From Deltaproteobacteria bacterium (GTDB taxonomy: Bacteria > Desulfobacterota_D > UBA1144 > Nemesobacterales > CSP1-2): a stretch of 64,000 nucleotides of DNA. Below are positions 62,016 to 64,000 of this stretch, in pieces. How positions within the stretch are numbered: the first letter of the stretch is position 1; every line of letters starts with the position of its first letter. The position numbers and the translations under genes were made by a program. The notes beneath the pieces were generated by a model. That model searched no databases. It was not told the DNA's origin and saw only the letters and a list, made by a program, of their open reading frames with translations. Where the stretch lies: the NCBI GenBank assembly GCA_052390235.1, contig JBQTHB010000002.1, positions 192,001 to 256,000 on the forward strand. The letters are read 5' to 3'.

Positions 62016-63434
62016 ATGGCAGAAGATTTCAGAATTGAGACCGATTCAATGGGGGAGATGAAAGTCCCCGCAACGGCCTACTACGGGGCGCAGACGGCGC
62101 GCGCGGTGGAGAATTTCCCGATAAGCGGCATCCGGTTTTCGCGTCAGTTTGTGCGGGCGATGGGAATGATAAAACACGCGGCGGCTGAGGTGAACGCCGA
62201 GCTTGGATTGCTCGATAAGAGGGTTGCAAAAGCCATCACCGACGCGGCGGGGGATGTTATCGAAGGCAGGCTCGACGCCGAATTCGTCCTCGACATCTAT
62301 CAGACCGGATCAGGTACGTCCACAAATATGAACACTAATGAAGTCATCGCCAGCCGCTCGAATGAAATCCTAGGGGGCAAAATCGGCGATAAAAAACCCG
62401 TCCACCCGAACGACCACGTCAACATGGGGCAGTCGAGCAACGACGTTATCCCAACGGCGATTCACGTATCGTCCCTTGAGGCGATTCATAAAACCCTAAT
62501 ACCCGCGCTGCGCAAACTCGAGAAAGCCCTCGCCGAGAAAGCCGAGGAATTCGATAAAATCGTCAAAATCGGGCGCACTCACCTCCAGGACGCAACCCCG
62601 CTGAGGCTAGGGCAGGAGTTCGGCGGCTATGCGAGCCAAATCAGCCACGGCATAAGGAGGCTGGAGGCGGCAGGGGTGAACCTCGGCGAGCTTGCCATCG
62701 GAGGGACGGCAGTAGGAACGGGCATCAACACCCACGCCGAATTCGGAAGCCGCGTGGCGATGAAACTATCCAAAATGACCGGGGTGAAATTCACCGAGGC
62801 TGAAAATCACTTTGAAGCCCAGTCAACCAAAGACGCCGTCGTAGAGGCGAGCGGCGCGCTAAAAACCGTTGCGGTGAGCCTCATGAAAATCGCAAACGAC
62901 ATCCGCTGGCTAGGGAGCGGCCCTCGATGCGGCATCGGCGAGATAATTCTCCCCGCGGTTCAGCCGGGCTCGTCCATCATGCCGGGAAAGGTGAACCCCG
63001 TCATCGCCGAGTCGGTAACGCAGGTTGCGGCTCAGGTCATGGGCAACGATTTGGCGATAACAATAGGCGGGCAATCGGGCAATTTTGACCTCAACGTGAT
63101 GATGCCGATGATGGCTCATAACCTCCTTCAGTCAATTACTCTCCTTGCGAACGCCGCCTCTGGATTCACGGATAAGTGCGTTGTGGGAATCAAAGCTGAT
63201 AATAAACGGTGCGAGGCGATGATAGAGCAGAGCCTTGCCATGTGTACGGCGCTTGCGCCCATCATCGGCTATGACGCCGCCGCAAAGCTCGCCAAAGAGG
63301 CTTACGAGCAGGGGAAAACCGTAAGGCAGGTCGCCCTTGAAAAGGGCATCATGCCCGAGGCGGATTTGAACAGAGTCCTAGACCCGTGGGCGATGACCGA
63401 GCCGGGAGTTACAAGCTGGAGCGCGGGGGGGTAA
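62016..63434 (+). CDS. fumC: Class II fumarate hydratase
   Basis: QTGSGTSTNMN, HPNDHVN, GRTHLQDA, GSSIMPGKVNP; GGGAGG SD before ATG 62016. Confidence 0.96.
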   Translation: MAEDFRIETDSMGEMKVPATAYYGAQTARAVENFPISGIRFSRQFVRAMGMIKHAAAEVNAELGLLDKRVAKAITDAAGDVIEGRLDAEFVLDIYQTGSGTSTNMNTNEVIASRSNEILGGKIGDKKPVHPNDHVNMGQSSNDVIPTAIHVSSLEAIHKTLIPALRKLEKALAEKAEEFDKIVKIGRTHLQDATPLRLGQEFGGYASQISHGIRRLEAAGVNLGELAIGGTAVGTGINTHAEFGSRVAMKLSKMTGVKFTEAENHFEAQSTKDAVVEASGALKTVAVSLMKIANDIRWLGSGPRCGIGEIILPAVQPGSSIMPGKVNPVIAESVTQVAAQVMGNDLAITIGGQSGNFDLNVMMPMMAHNLLQSITLLANAASGFTDKCVVGIKADNKRCEAMIEQSLAMCTALAPIIGYDAAAKLAKEAYEQGKTVRQVALEKGIMPEADLNRVLDPWAMTEPGVTSWSAGG

Positions 63435-63522
63435 GCGGCAGAGATTGCTTCTAAAATCCGCCTGCTGGAGGAGTAGGGCTGAATCAATCGCCGCTCTTCG
63501 GCGGGCGAGGGGGGAGTAGGCT

Positions 63523-63947
63523 ATAAAAACTCACACCGAATACCTCTGGTTCAACACTCAAAGCGCGAGAGAAATTGTCCATATCACGGACACGGTCAGG
63601 GCGGTAGTCAAAAAAAGCGGCATCTTCGAGGGGTTTGTCCTCGTCTCAGCCATGCACATCACGGCGGCAGTCTATGTGAACGACCTCGAAGACGGGCTCA
63701 TCGAGGACATCTGGCAGTGGCTTGAGGGGATTGCTCCGGCGCGCCCGGATTATAAACACCACAGAACCGGAGAAGACAACGGCGACGCGCACCTCAGGAG
63801 TCTCGTCATGCACCATCAGGTCATCGTCCCAATCACAAAAGGGGATTTAGACCTCGGGTGTGGCAGAGGGTATTCTATGCCGAATTCGACGGGCGGCGGC
63901 GCAAGAGGGTTATCGTAAAGGTCATGGGCGAGAGTGGGCATGAATAA
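63523..63947 (+). pseudogene. yjbQ: YjbQ/UPF0047-family gene with ATA start and a frameshift (pseudogene or sequence error)
   Basis: Reads (I)[11 protein letters not shown]...AMHITA...NGDAHL...LDLG; after ~63859 the conserved [24 protein letters not shown] continues in a shifted frame. Confidence 0.72.
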
Positions 63948-64000
63948 CGCCACGAGGGCGAGATTGTTCATTGATAAAGATGGGAATTGGCATCAAGACG
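63940..64000 (+). CDS. Start of a hypothetical protein, possibly DUF1285-like (3'-truncated)
   Basis: ATG overlapping the yjbQ end; [20 protein letters not shown]. Confidence 0.45.
   Translation, partial: MNNATRARLFIDKDGNWHQD

Overview
Bacterial chromosomal segment of moderate-to-high GC (probably a deltaproteobacteria-like/Thermodesulfobacteriota-type diderm; the taxon is an inference). It is mostly housekeeping and metabolic genes: split acyl-CoA mutase, cysS, serS, ligA, polX, priA, pckA, fumC, bioF, hisB/hisH, queF, degP-like protease, Cu P-type ATPase, an RND efflux system with TetR, and tRNA-Glu/Lys/Gln. I found no integrase, transposase, prophage or CRISPR. Main points: (1) a four-gene redox locus at 17.2-21.5 kb with a 3-heme protein (Cys-rich monoheme domain fused to a divergent TsdA-like diheme domain), a pentaheme cytochrome c, a Tll0287/DUF3365-like monoheme protein and a 4-His membrane protein; (2) two ~630-720 bp mosaic arrays of REP-like palindromes that are end-to-end inverted copies of each other and bracket an AAA+ ATPase/VWA gene pair; (3) a PolX lacking two of three catalytic Asp but with an intact PHP domain; (4) an acyl-CoA mutase with isobutyryl-CoA-mutase-type residues; (5) two genes whose conserved-looking N-termini start at non-canonical codons (ATT, ATA), one also frameshifted. 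All family assignments come from motif recognition, not database searches.
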